41,735 nt of DNA from Gaiellaceae bacterium (GTDB lineage Bacteria; Actinomycetota; Thermoleophilia; Gaiellales; Gaiellaceae). The notes below the pieces were generated by a model, which worked only from the letters and a program-made list of their open reading frames with translations, was not told the origin of the DNA and made no database searches. Below, in pieces: positions 15,317 through 24,372 of this stretch. A program made the position numbers and the translations under genes. The DNA lies in the NCBI GenBank assembly GCA_035720085.1, contig DASTPC010000155.1, positions 1 through 41,735 on the forward strand, in the 5' to 3' direction. Position 1 is the first letter of the stretch. Each line of letters starts with the position of its first letter.

Positions 15317-16393
15317 GTGTTCGCTCTCGAGACGCTCGGCTGGGACGACACCTGGGCCGAGCAGTTCGCACCCCACCGCGACGACGGCCTCGTGCCGGGA
15401 CGCGTCGCGGTCCAGCATCGCGGCGCCTGGGACGTCCTCACCGAGGACGGCGAGCTCCGCGTCGACCTGGCCGGCCGGCTCTTCCACGAGGCGGCGACTG
15501 CGGCGGAGCTGCCCGTCGTCGGCGACTGGGTCGCCGTGGCGACGCGCCAGGGCGGCGACGCCGGCACGATCCAGGCGCTCCTTCCGCGGCGCACGCGCTT
15601 CTCGCGCAAGACCGCCTGGCACGCGACCGAGGAGCAGGTGCTCGCGGCCAACCTGGACGTCGTCTTCATCGTCAGCTCGCTCAACGAGGACCTGAACCTC
15701 CGCCGGCTGGAGCGCTACCTGATCCTCGCCTGGGAGAGCGGCGCCACCCCGGTGGTACTGCTGACGAAGGCCGACCTGCACCCCAACCCCGAGGCCGCCG
15801 TGGTGGAGGTGGCGACGGTCGCACCCGGCGTCGACGTCCACCCGCTCTCGGCGCGCACCGGCGAGGGCGTGGCGGCGCTCGAGCCGCACCTGCGCCAGGG
15901 TGTCACCTCGGCGCTGCTGGGGTCGTCGGGCGTCGGCAAGTCGACGCTCGTCAACCGGCTCGCCGGCGAGGAGCTGTTCGCCACCCAGGCGATCCGCGAG
16001 GACGGCCGCGGCCGGCACACGACCACCCGCCGCGAGCTGGTGCAGCTCCCGTCGGGCGGGCTCGTGATCGACACGCCCGGGATACGCGAGCTGCAGCTCT
16101 GGGAGGCTGACGAGGGGCTCGAGGAGGCCTTCGAGGACGTCGCCGAGCTCGCCGCGCAGTGCAAGTTCTCCGACTGCGCGCACGACACGGAGCCCGGCTG
16201 CGCGATCCGTGCGGCCCTCGAGGACGGCACCCTGGCGCCTGACCGCTGGGACAGCTACCTCAAGCTCCAGCGCGAGCTCGAGCACCTCGAGCGGCGGCTC
16301 GACAAGCGGGCCCAGGCCGAGCAGCGCCGCCACTGGCGGGCGATCAACATCGAGCAGCGCCGCCGGCAGCAGGCGAAGGGGCGGCCCCGGTAG
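15317..16393 (+). CDS. rsgA: Ribosome small subunit-dependent GTPase A
   Basis: VVGDWV, AANLD, TKADL, GSSGVGKST, GRHTTT, DTPGIRE and the Zn motif CKFSDCAHDTEPGC. Confidence 0.95.
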   Translation: MFALETLGWDDTWAEQFAPHRDDGLVPGRVAVQHRGAWDVLTEDGELRVDLAGRLFHEAATAAELPVVGDWVAVATRQGGDAGTIQALLPRRTRFSRKTAWHATEEQVLAANLDVVFIVSSLNEDLNLRRLERYLILAWESGATPVVLLTKADLHPNPEAAVVEVATVAPGVDVHPLSARTGEGVAALEPHLRQGVTSALLGSSGVGKSTLVNRLAGEELFATQAIREDGRGRHTTTRRELVQLPSGGLVIDTPGIRELQLWEADEGLEEAFEDVAELAAQCKFSDCAHDTEPGCAIRAALEDGTLAPDRWDSYLKLQRELEHLERRLDKRAQAEQRRHWRAINIEQRRRQQAKGRPR

Positions 16394-16508
16394 GCGCGCC
16401 CGCCCGCGACGAGCGCGGCGCCGGGCCGTCGCCGAGCGCCGGGCCGATTACAGTTCGCGCAGCTCTGGGCCTGGACCGGCCGGGCTCGGGAGGGCTCAGG
16501 GAGGCGGT

Positions 16509-16973
16509 ATGCCCAGCCAGCAGGTGCGCTTTCAGCAGGTGTTCCCCGCCCCGCAGGCGGACGTGTTCGGGTACTTCGCCGACCACGAGAACGTCGGCCG
16601 CATCTGGGCGGGCCGGGCTCGGCGGATCAAGGAGGGCCAGGACCCGGCCGAGCCGAACGGGCTCGGCTCGGTGCGGGCCGTCGCCGGTACCGGCCCGACG
16701 TTCGAGGAGACGATCCTGGTGTTCGAGCGGCCACGGCGGATCGAGTACGCGATCTCGCGCGGCAGCCCGTTCAGGAACCACCGGGGAGTGATCGTCTTCG
16801 ACGAGGCGGCCGGCGGCACGAAGGTCGAGTACGCCATTGCGTTCGATCCGAAGATCCCGCTCACCGGCGGCCTGTTCGCGCGCTGGCTCGCCTTCACCTG
16901 GAAGCGCGGCGCGAAGCGGGCGGCGGCGGATATCTCAACCGCTGCCGGAGGCGGCGGGTTCTCAGGGCCGTGA
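16509..16973 (+). CDS. SRPBCC (START-like, polyketide cyclase) family protein
   Basis: ADVFGYFADHE, GLGSVR, FEETI, RIEYAI, HRGVIVF pattern; SD GGGAGG upstream of ATG 16509. Confidence 0.8.
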   Translation: MPSQQVRFQQVFPAPQADVFGYFADHENVGRIWAGRARRIKEGQDPAEPNGLGSVRAVAGTGPTFEETILVFERPRRIEYAISRGSPFRNHRGVIVFDEAAGGTKVEYAIAFDPKIPLTGGLFARWLAFTWKRGAKRAAADISTAAGGGGFSGP

Positions 16974-17882
16974 GGGAGCCGCGGCGCAGTGCCGGTCGCG
17001 TGGCGCCGTGCTGGTGAGGAACGGGACGTAGTGGGTCGCGGTCCGGATCAGCAGGGCCCTCGCGGCGGCCTGCGTCTCGATCGACGCCGCCACCGCGGCG
17101 CGCTCGCCCTCGTCCGCCGCGGCCGCGAGCCGCTCGCCGTTCAGCCACGCCTCGTGCCGCCAGGACGCGATCAGTTGCGCGACGGTGGCGTCGTCGACGT
17201 CGAGCTCGGGGATCGAGAAGTCGTCGATCGTCCCGTCGAAGCGCCTGGCGGCCTCGTCCAGCACCTGGCCCTGGATGCCGGCGAGCAGGTCGTCGACAAG
17301 CTCGAAGTCGTGCTCGCCGGTCGACGGCCCGGCCTCGGCGATCGCGGCGAGCGCGAAGGGCAGGTCGCGGCTGATGTGGGCGTTCATGCCGAGGAGCAGG
17401 TCTCCGATCCCGGACACGCGCCGCCCGTCGGCGGCCTCGAAGGCGATCCGCCACGCGGCCGGCACGGCGTCCCGCCGCCCGGCGTGCCAGGCGTCGTAGG
17501 CGCGGAAGTAGAGGTCGGCGAAGACCGCGTCCAGGTGGGCCAGGGAGGCCCGGTCCGTGAAGAACCCGTCGTCGGCCTCCTCGACCGCGCGGGTCACCTC
17601 CCGGTACATGAAGGCGAACGGCGCGTCGTGGTCGCAGTCGGCCGCCAGCCGGTCGAGCCGCGTGCCCATCTCGTCGACGACGGCGGTGACGCAGGCGCGG
17701 TCGCCCCGCCCGCACGGGTTGGCGGAGCCGGCGTCCAGGCCGGGCGAGAGCGTCGCGACGATGTCCACCCAGTCCGCGTCGTCGGACGTCGCTGCCGCGC
17801 CGCCGCCGTCGTCGCCGCCGCCGCACCCGGCCGACACCAGGCACACGAGGACGCCCGCCGCTGCCAGCGCGGCCGCCCTCAC
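16962..17882 (-). CDS. DUF5995-like lipoprotein
   Basis: VSAGC lipobox; FAFMYREVT, FADLYFRAY, VPAAWRIAF, LLLGMNAHISRDLPFAL; GTGA-coupled to the ABC gene. Confidence 0.7.
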   Translation of the reverse strand: MRAAALAAAGVLVCLVSAGCGGGDDGGGAAATSDDADWVDIVATLSPGLDAGSANPCGRGDRACVTAVVDEMGTRLDRLAADCDHDAPFAFMYREVTRAVEEADDGFFTDRASLAHLDAVFADLYFRAYDAWHAGRRDAVPAAWRIAFEAADGRRVSGIGDLLLGMNAHISRDLPFALAAIAEAGPSTGEHDFELVDDLLAGIQGQVLDEAARRFDGTIDDFSIPELDVDDATVAQLIASWRHEAWLNGERLAAAADEGERAAVAASIETQAAARALLIRTATHYVPFLTSTAPRDRHCAAAPSRP

Positions 17883-20320
17883 GCGACGTCAGGGTCGTAG
17901 CGCCGGAGCGCCAGGCCTGCGCCGACGAGCCCGGCTGCGGTCAGGCCGGCGAGCGCGAGCATCGCCGTCAGCCAGCGCCCGGGCTCGTGTTCCCAGCGGC
18001 CCTCCCCCTCGCCGAGGGAGTCCAGGCCGTCGACGAGCGCGCCCGGGTCGCGGAGGTCGACCGTGGGGAACTCGCGCGCGACGTCGTTCAGCGCCTCGAG
18101 CGCGTTCAGGTCCACCGTCGAGGCCGACGCGGCGAAGCCCCACTGCGTCCCGGCCAGGTAACCGGCCTGCTTCAGCACCGGCCGCTCCGAGAGGTCAGGG
18201 AAGACGGCGCCCATCGCCAGGATCAGCTCGACCAGGAGCAGGATCGGGAGCACGGCCATCGCCCGGTCGACGCGGCTCGCGAGCGCGGAGACGAGCAGCC
18301 CGAGCGCCATGCCCGCGACGCCGGTCGCCGCGACGACGGCGAGCAGCTCGCCGAGCGGCCAGCCGAGCACGGCCGCGTCGACCGGCCCGCCCTGACGCGC
18401 CGTCGCGAGCAGCACGAGCACGATCGCCTGCACGATCGTCAGGGCTCCGAGGACGAGAGCCTTCGAGCCCACGTAGGCGGGGATCGAGAGCCCGACAGCG
18501 CGCTCGCGCCGGTACACCGGCAGCTCCTTGACGATCTCGCGCGTCGCGTTGGACGCCCCGAGCCACGTCGCCCCCATGATCACGATCAACAGCACGAGCC
18601 CCGCCTTCGAGAGCAGCCTCAGCTCGCCGAATGGCGGTTGCGCCAGCTCGTCGGCGGGCAGAGCGACCAGCATCAGCAGCCCGAGCAGCGGCGCCTGGAG
18701 CGCCAGCAGGGCGAGGGCGCGCCGGTCGCCGGCGATCACGCGCACGTACCGCCGGCTGAGCGTGCCGAGCTGGCGCAGGAAGCTGCCGCCGCGCGGCGTC
18801 GGCGCCTCGCGCGCTTCCGCCGGCTGCTGCTCGGCCTGGCCGTCAGGCTCCACGTAGCGCGCGTGCAGCGGGTGCGCGCGGAAGCGGGCGGGCCAGTCCG
18901 TCTCGCCCGAGCCGAGGTCCTGGAAGACCTCCTGGAAGTCCTCGCGCCCGAAGTAGGCCAGCGCCAGCTGCGCCGGGCCGAAGTAGGCGGTCCGGCCGCC
19001 CGGCGCGAGGAAGAGCACGCGGTCGCAGAGGCGCAGGCTCTGGACGCTGTGCGTGACCACGACGACGGTCCGGCCGCCGTCGGCCAGCGCCCGCAGCAGC
19101 TCCATCAGGCTGCGCTCGAGCCCGGGGTCGAGCCCCGAGGTCGGCTCGTCGAGGAAGAGCAGCGACGGCTTCGTGAGCAGCTCGAGCGCCACGCTCGTCC
19201 GCTTCCGCTGGCCGCCGGAGAGCGACCCGATGCGCAGGCCACGCCGGTCCGCGAGGCCGAGCTCCTCGATCACGGTGCCGACCCGCTGCGACCGCTCGGC
19301 CTCCGGCACGTCCGCCGGGAAGCGCAGCTCGGCGGCGTAGCCGAGGGCTCGCTCGACCGTCAGCTCCGGGTGGAGGACGTCGTCCTGCGGGACGAGCCCG
19401 ATGCGGCCGGCCAGCTCGTCGTAGTCGGCGTAGAGGTCGCGGCCGGCGTAGAGCACCGACCCCTGCTGCGCCGGCCGGTAGCCCGTGAGCGCGCCGAGGA
19501 GCGTGGACTTGCCGGCGCCGGAGGGGCCGACGACGGCGAGGAGCGAGCGCTCGCGCAGGTGGAAGCCGACGTCGTCGAGGACGACTGCGCCCGTCGGCGT
19601 GCGCACGGTCAGCCCCCGGGCGGCGAAGGTGACGTCGCCGACGTCCTCGTACTCCTCGAGCAGGCCGTCCACGAGGCGGAACGAGTGCCGGCCGACGCCT
19701 ACGACGTCGAGTGGCTCGAGCTGCGCGCGCTGGTGGCGGCGGCCGTTCACGAAGGTGCCGTTGTGGCTGCCGAGGTCGACGAGCTCGTAGCCGCGGCTCG
19801 GGCTGCCGCGGAGCTCGGCGTGGCGGCGCGAGACGAGCAGGTCGCCGACGACGACGTCGTTGTCCGGCGCCCGGCCGATGCGGACGACCTGCTCGACGGC
19901 GTGGACGCCCGTCAGGCGGCCGAGCTCGGCGGGCGGGGCCGGCGCGGCGCCGGCGCCGAGCGTCCGGGCGTCGAGGAGCGTCCTGCGGCTGTCCGCGGCC
20001 TCAGGCTCCTCCCGCCGGACCGGGGTCAGCTCGAGCCTCGGCCCGGTGGCCGGGTCGCCCAGCCGCACGACCAGCCCGCCCGCGACCTCCACCCTGCCGA
20101 CCCGGCGGCCGTCGCAGAAGGTGCCGTTGCGGCTGTCCTCGTCCTCGAGCACCCAGCCGTCCGGCTCGAGCCGGAGCACGGCATGCACCCGCGAGACGCG
20201 CTCGTCCTCGATCACGATCCCCGCGCTCTGCTCGCGTCCGACCGTCACGGTCTCGCCGCCGTCGAGCACGATCTCGCGGCCGCCGGCCGTGACCCGCAGC
20301 ACCGGCCGGGCCGGCGTCAC
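17879..20320 (-). CDS. FHA-FHA-ABC ATPase-ABC2 permease exporter (Rv1747-like)
   Basis: Two FHA domains (GR..SRVHA..SRNGT; GR..SRRHA..SHNGT), GPSGAGKS, LSGGQRKR, LDEPTSGLD, REIVKELPVYRRER and TM helices. Confidence 0.92.
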   Translation of the reverse strand: MTPARPVLRVTAGGREIVLDGGETVTVGREQSAGIVIEDERVSRVHAVLRLEPDGWVLEDEDSRNGTFCDGRRVGRVEVAGGLVVRLGDPATGPRLELTPVRREEPEAADSRRTLLDARTLGAGAAPAPPAELGRLTGVHAVEQVVRIGRAPDNDVVVGDLLVSRRHAELRGSPSRGYELVDLGSHNGTFVNGRRHQRAQLEPLDVVGVGRHSFRLVDGLLEEYEDVGDVTFAARGLTVRTPTGAVVLDDVGFHLRERSLLAVVGPSGAGKSTLLGALTGYRPAQQGSVLYAGRDLYADYDELAGRIGLVPQDDVLHPELTVERALGYAAELRFPADVPEAERSQRVGTVIEELGLADRRGLRIGSLSGGQRKRTSVALELLTKPSLLFLDEPTSGLDPGLERSLMELLRALADGGRTVVVVTHSVQSLRLCDRVLFLAPGGRTAYFGPAQLALAYFGREDFQEVFQDLGSGETDWPARFRAHPLHARYVEPDGQAEQQPAEAREAPTPRGGSFLRQLGTLSRRYVRVIAGDRRALALLALQAPLLGLLMLVALPADELAQPPFGELRLLSKAGLVLLIVIMGATWLGASNATREIVKELPVYRRERAVGLSIPAYVGSKALVLGALTIVQAIVLVLLATARQGGPVDAAVLGWPLGELLAVVAATGVAGMALGLLVSALASRVDRAMAVLPILLLVELILAMGAVFPDLSERPVLKQAGYLAGTQWGFAASASTVDLNALEALNDVAREFPTVDLRDPGALVDGLDSLGEGEGRWEHEPGRWLTAMLALAGLTAAGLVGAGLALRRYDPDVA

Positions 20321-21618
20321 GGCGGTCCGCCGAGGGACGCGCCGGCGAAGCGGCGCGCGAACATCTTCGTGCGGTAGCTCTGGGCGAGCGCCCGACCCAG
20401 CCGCTCCTCGTCCATCCACTCCGGGTGGGGAACCTGCGGCGCCGGAGCGCCCTCGGCGGCGAGCTGCGGCGCGTGCCGGCGGACGGCGATCTCCGCCATC
20501 AGGTAGCCGTGGTTCTCCAGCCCGCCGATCTCTGCGTCCGAGAAGGGGTCGAGGTCGATCCTGATCTGCGAGACGAGGTCGCCGATCAGCCGCTCGCCGT
20601 AGACGGCGAGCGGCGGGTCGTACGCGCCGCCGTCGAACGCGTAGCTGGCGGGCAGGCTGCCGATTCCCCAGTAGGCGCCCTCGAGCACGCCGGCGGCGAA
20701 GCCGGAGATGAGCCAGCGCTTGCGCACGTCGGTCGCCTGCTCCAGCAGCGTGACGACGATGCGCAGGAAGCGCCAGAGCGCGCCGAGGTTCGGCTGCGCG
20801 TGGAACGACGGGGCGGCGTCGGAGACGAGGACGACGGAGTGGTCGCGCCAGACGGGCTCGAGCCCGAGGTTGTCGTAGAGGCCGCCGTCGCTGAGCTCGA
20901 CCCGGCCGAGCAGCTCGTCGCGGTCGTCGCCGCGGTACGTGCCGCCCGCGAGCGTCGTCGCGTCCCCGCCCACGCTCAGCGGCCGGAACGCGCCCGGCAG
21001 GCAGGACGACGCCGCGACCGCGCGGGCGAGCGTCCAGCGGTCCGAGATCGGCGCGAAGCCGGCCCGCTCGTCACCCATCAGCTTGCGGCCGGTGTCGAAG
21101 ATCCACTGCGTGCGGAACAGCAGGTCGGTGGCGAGGAAGACGAAGCTCGGCCGTGCGGGCAGGTCGGCGAGGCGGCCGCGGGCGGGGCCGGCCGCGTAGC
21201 GGGCGGCGAGCGCGTCCGCGGAGGCGTTCTGGTTCAGCCAGCTGCGTGGGTGCGCCCGCCGGAGCACGGGCCCGGTGCGGATGTCGGTGCGGGTGAAGGC
21301 GCGGAGCGGCCCGGAGACGCCGTCCTCCCAGCCCGGCACCTGCTGCCCCGGCTCGGGCCAGCCGCCTTGGTCGAGCAGGTGGGTTGCGACCTGAGCCGCG
21401 GCGATGCTCCCGCCCGACACCGACGTGATCGTGTCGACGCGGGAGAGGATGCCCAGCTCGTTGAGGCGTCGCATCGCGCCGAGGTGGAAGAGCACGGCGC
21501 GGTAGCCGCCGCCCGAGAGGCAGAGCGCGACGCCGCGGCGCTCGCCCGGCGGCAGCGGCACGTACTGCCGTGAGTCGGCGCCGGTCGTCGGCACGTCGGA
21601 GGGGCCGGGCTCGATCAT
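20317..21618 (-). CDS. Patatin-like phospholipase
   Basis: LSGGGYRA oxyanion motif, SVSGGS nucleophile, DGGLYDNLG; ATGA-coupled to the upstream OYE. Confidence 0.9.
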   Translation of the reverse strand: MIEPGPSDVPTTGADSRQYVPLPPGERRGVALCLSGGGYRAVLFHLGAMRRLNELGILSRVDTITSVSGGSIAAAQVATHLLDQGGWPEPGQQVPGWEDGVSGPLRAFTRTDIRTGPVLRRAHPRSWLNQNASADALAARYAAGPARGRLADLPARPSFVFLATDLLFRTQWIFDTGRKLMGDERAGFAPISDRWTLARAVAASSCLPGAFRPLSVGGDATTLAGGTYRGDDRDELLGRVELSDGGLYDNLGLEPVWRDHSVVLVSDAAPSFHAQPNLGALWRFLRIVVTLLEQATDVRKRWLISGFAAGVLEGAYWGIGSLPASYAFDGGAYDPPLAVYGERLIGDLVSQIRIDLDPFSDAEIGGLENHGYLMAEIAVRRHAPQLAAEGAPAPQVPHPEWMDEERLGRALAQSYRTKMFARRFAGASLGGPP

Positions 21619-22943
21619 GCCCCGGCCGGCTCCGGGTCGCGGACGCCGGCGTCGTCGAACACGGACATGATCTCCGCGACCATCTGCTCGCGGCTCGCGA
21701 AGCGCCGCTCGTCGTAGCAGCCGAGCGGGTGCTCGAGCACGTTGTAGAGGCACCTGTTGCAGTAGCTGCACGGCCGCGGGGCCCGCTCGTGGCCGTCGGC
21801 GAAGAGTCGGACGAGGTCGTTGTTCGCGATCAGCCCGCGGGCGATCGTGACCGCGTCGCACGCGCCCGACGTGATCGCCTCCTCGATCACGGGCCTGGTC
21901 TGAAAGCCGCCGGTGCAGAGCACGGGGATCGAGACCGCCCGCTTGATCGCGCGCGCGTCGTCGAGCAGGCTGCCCTCGATCCGTCCCGGGTCGCGCGCCC
22001 ACTGCCGCTCGAACAGCCGCCTCACGAGCGGCGTCTTGAAGAGCGCGTAGTTGCGAAACGTGTGTACGCCGCTCGAGAGCATCGGCCCGTAGGCGCGCGC
22101 CGCCTCCGCGATCGAGCTCTCCCCGGCCGGGTTGTCGGGGTGCGGGAAGGCGCTCCCGCGGGAGACGTGGATCGCGTCCACCCCGGCCTCCTCGAGCCAG
22201 CGGCACACCTGGACGCTCTCCTCGATCGTGTTCCCGTCGCCCGCCCAGGGCACGAGCGCCTTGTGGCGCTCGGTCGCGCTCAGCTTCACCTGCAGGTGGA
22301 AGTCGTCGCCCACCTCCGCTCGGACGGCGCGGACGACCTCGAGCAGGAAGCGCGCGCGCTTCTCCAGCGGGCCGCCGTAGTCGTCCGTCCGGTCGTTGAT
22401 CGCCGAGCTGAGGAACTGGGTGAAGACGTACCCGTTCGCGGCGTGCAGCTCGACGCCGTCGAGGCCCGCCTCGCGGACGCGCCGCGCGGCGTCGGCGAAC
22501 GCGCGGGCGATCGCGGCGAGGTCGGCCGGCGTGGCGCGCTCGCTCTCGAAGCCGTGCACCGGGTCGGGCCGGTCGGTCGAGCTCAGGCCCTTGCGGAGCT
22601 CGAAGCCGCGGACGTCGCGCTGGCGCCCGGCGTGGGCGAGCTGCACCACGTAGCGGCAGTCGTGCTCGTGCACCTGCCGGCCGAGCTCGCGCCAGAACGG
22701 GACCCGGTCGTCGCGGTCGATGCTCGCGTAGTGGGGAACGATCCGGCCGCGGAGGTCGACTCCGACCCAGGAGGAGAGGATCGCCCCGACGCCGCCGCGG
22801 GCGAACTTCAGCTCCCAGTTGATCCGCGCCTGCGTCCCCGTGCCGTCGTAGAGGTCGAAGCGCCCGGCGACGTTCGAGCGGAAGACGCGGTTAGGAACCG
22901 TCAGGTTGCGGAACGCAAGCGGCTCGAAGACGGCGCTGCTCAC
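21615..22943 (-). CDS. NADH:flavin oxidoreductase (Old Yellow Enzyme family), paralogue 3
   Basis: GVELHAANGY, NDRTDDYGG, C-terminal CSYCNRC...GC; GTG 22943 preceded by SD GAGGTG. Confidence 0.9.
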   Translation of the reverse strand: MSSAVFEPLAFRNLTVPNRVFRSNVAGRFDLYDGTGTQARINWELKFARGGVGAILSSWVGVDLRGRIVPHYASIDRDDRVPFWRELGRQVHEHDCRYVVQLAHAGRQRDVRGFELRKGLSSTDRPDPVHGFESERATPADLAAIARAFADAARRVREAGLDGVELHAANGYVFTQFLSSAINDRTDDYGGPLEKRARFLLEVVRAVRAEVGDDFHLQVKLSATERHKALVPWAGDGNTIEESVQVCRWLEEAGVDAIHVSRGSAFPHPDNPAGESSIAEAARAYGPMLSSGVHTFRNYALFKTPLVRRLFERQWARDPGRIEGSLLDDARAIKRAVSIPVLCTGGFQTRPVIEEAITSGACDAVTIARGLIANNDLVRLFADGHERAPRPCSYCNRCLYNVLEHPLGCYDERRFASREQMVAEIMSVFDDAGVRDPEPAGA

Positions 22944-22955
22944 ACGCTCACCTCG

Positions 22956-23049
22956 GCGCAAGGACGGGAATCCGCAGCAGCGGATTCCCGTCCGCGCGAA
23001 CACCCCTGAAGCCGGCCGCTGTCGCGGCCGGGGGTTGACACAGGACGTC
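22956..23049 (+). repeat. Structured repeat family A, copy 5 (full core)
   Basis: GCGC-AA-GGACGGGAATCCGC-AGCA-GCGGATTCCCGTCC-GCGC-GAACACCCCTGAAG-CCGGCCGC-TGTC-GCGGCCGG. Confidence 0.88.
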
Positions 23050-24372
23050 TCACGCGGTCTCTGCGGGCAGCGGGTCGCCTCGGTAGACGGACAGGATCTG
23101 CCGGATCATCTCGTCGCGCGACGCGAACCGGCTCTCCTCGTAACAGCCCAGGGGGTTCTCCAGGAAGTTGGCCAGGCACTTGTTGCAGTAGGTACACGGC
23201 TTGGGCGGCCGGTCGAGCCCCTGGGCGAACAGCTGCGGCAGGTCGGGGTTGGCCAACAGCGACCGGGCGATCGTGACCGCGTCGCAGGCGCCGCTCTCGA
23301 TCACGCCGGCGATCACGGATGCCGTCTGGAACCCGCCGCCGCAGAGCACCGGGATGCCGACCGCCGCTTTGACGGCGCGCGACTCCGGCAGGTTGATCCC
23401 CTCGATCCCGAGGCGCTTCGTGGGCCGCTCCCACTGCCACTGGAAGAGACGGCTCAACGGCCACGTCCGGAACACGACGTAGTTCCGGAGCGTGCGGCTG
23501 CCGCTCGAGAGCATCGTGTCGTACGAGCGCATGAAATCCCGGACGGGCATCATCCCCGGCGGGTTCCGCGGATGGGGGAATGCGGCTCCTGCAGTCACAT
23601 GGATCGCGTCGACGCCGGCCTGCTCGAGCCACCGGCAAACCTGTACCGACTCGCCGACGGTGTTTCCCCTGCGCAGCCAGGGGAAGACCTCGTTCATCCG
23701 CTCCTCGATGCTGATCTTGAAGCCGAGGTAGAAGTCGGCGCCCACCTCGGCGCGGATCGCCCTGACGATCTCGAGCGGGAAGCGAGCGCGGTTCTCGAGC
23801 GAGCCGCCGTAGTCGTCCTTCCTGTCGTTGACCGCCGAGGAGAGGAACTGGGTGACCAGCACGCCGTTCCCGCCGGCGATCTCGACGCCGTCGAGGCCTG
23901 CCTCCCGCGCCCGCCTGGCGCCCTGGGCGAACGCGTCCACGAGCTCCTTGATCCCGGCGACGCTGAGGCGCTCGCAGGGAAACCCGTGGATGGGCTCGGA
24001 CCTGTCGGTCGAGCTCACTCCGACCGGAAACTCGAGGTCCCCGATCCCGCGATGCCGCCCCGCGTGGTTGAGCTGCACGATGTACCGGCAGTCGTGCTCG
24101 TGGACGCGCTTGGCCAGCTCCCGGAAGAACGGGATCCGGTCGTCGCGGTCGATCAACGCGAAGCCGGGAACGAGACGCCCGCGCCGATGGACGGGGGCGT
24201 TGGAGGAGATGATCGCGGCGACGCCGCCGCGCGCGAACCGCACGTCCCAGTTGAGGCGTACGTCGGTCCCGGACCCGTCGTAGTTGTCGAACCGGCCGGC
24301 CAGGCTCGACCGGATGATCCTGTTCTTGAGCCGCAGCGGGCCGAGCTGCACGGGCTCGAAGATGATGCTCAT
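23050..24372 (-). CDS. NADH:flavin oxidoreductase (OYE family), paralogue 2 with altered active site
   Basis: GVEIAGGNGV in place of HxxNGY; YGGSLENRARF; CTYCNKC...GC. Confidence 0.88.
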   Translation of the reverse strand: MSIIFEPVQLGPLRLKNRIIRSSLAGRFDNYDGSGTDVRLNWDVRFARGGVAAIISSNAPVHRRGRLVPGFALIDRDDRIPFFRELAKRVHEHDCRYIVQLNHAGRHRGIGDLEFPVGVSSTDRSEPIHGFPCERLSVAGIKELVDAFAQGARRAREAGLDGVEIAGGNGVLVTQFLSSAVNDRKDDYGGSLENRARFPLEIVRAIRAEVGADFYLGFKISIEERMNEVFPWLRRGNTVGESVQVCRWLEQAGVDAIHVTAGAAFPHPRNPPGMMPVRDFMRSYDTMLSSGSRTLRNYVVFRTWPLSRLFQWQWERPTKRLGIEGINLPESRAVKAAVGIPVLCGGGFQTASVIAGVIESGACDAVTIARSLLANPDLPQLFAQGLDRPPKPCTYCNKCLANFLENPLGCYEESRFASRDEMIRQILSVYRGDPLPAETA

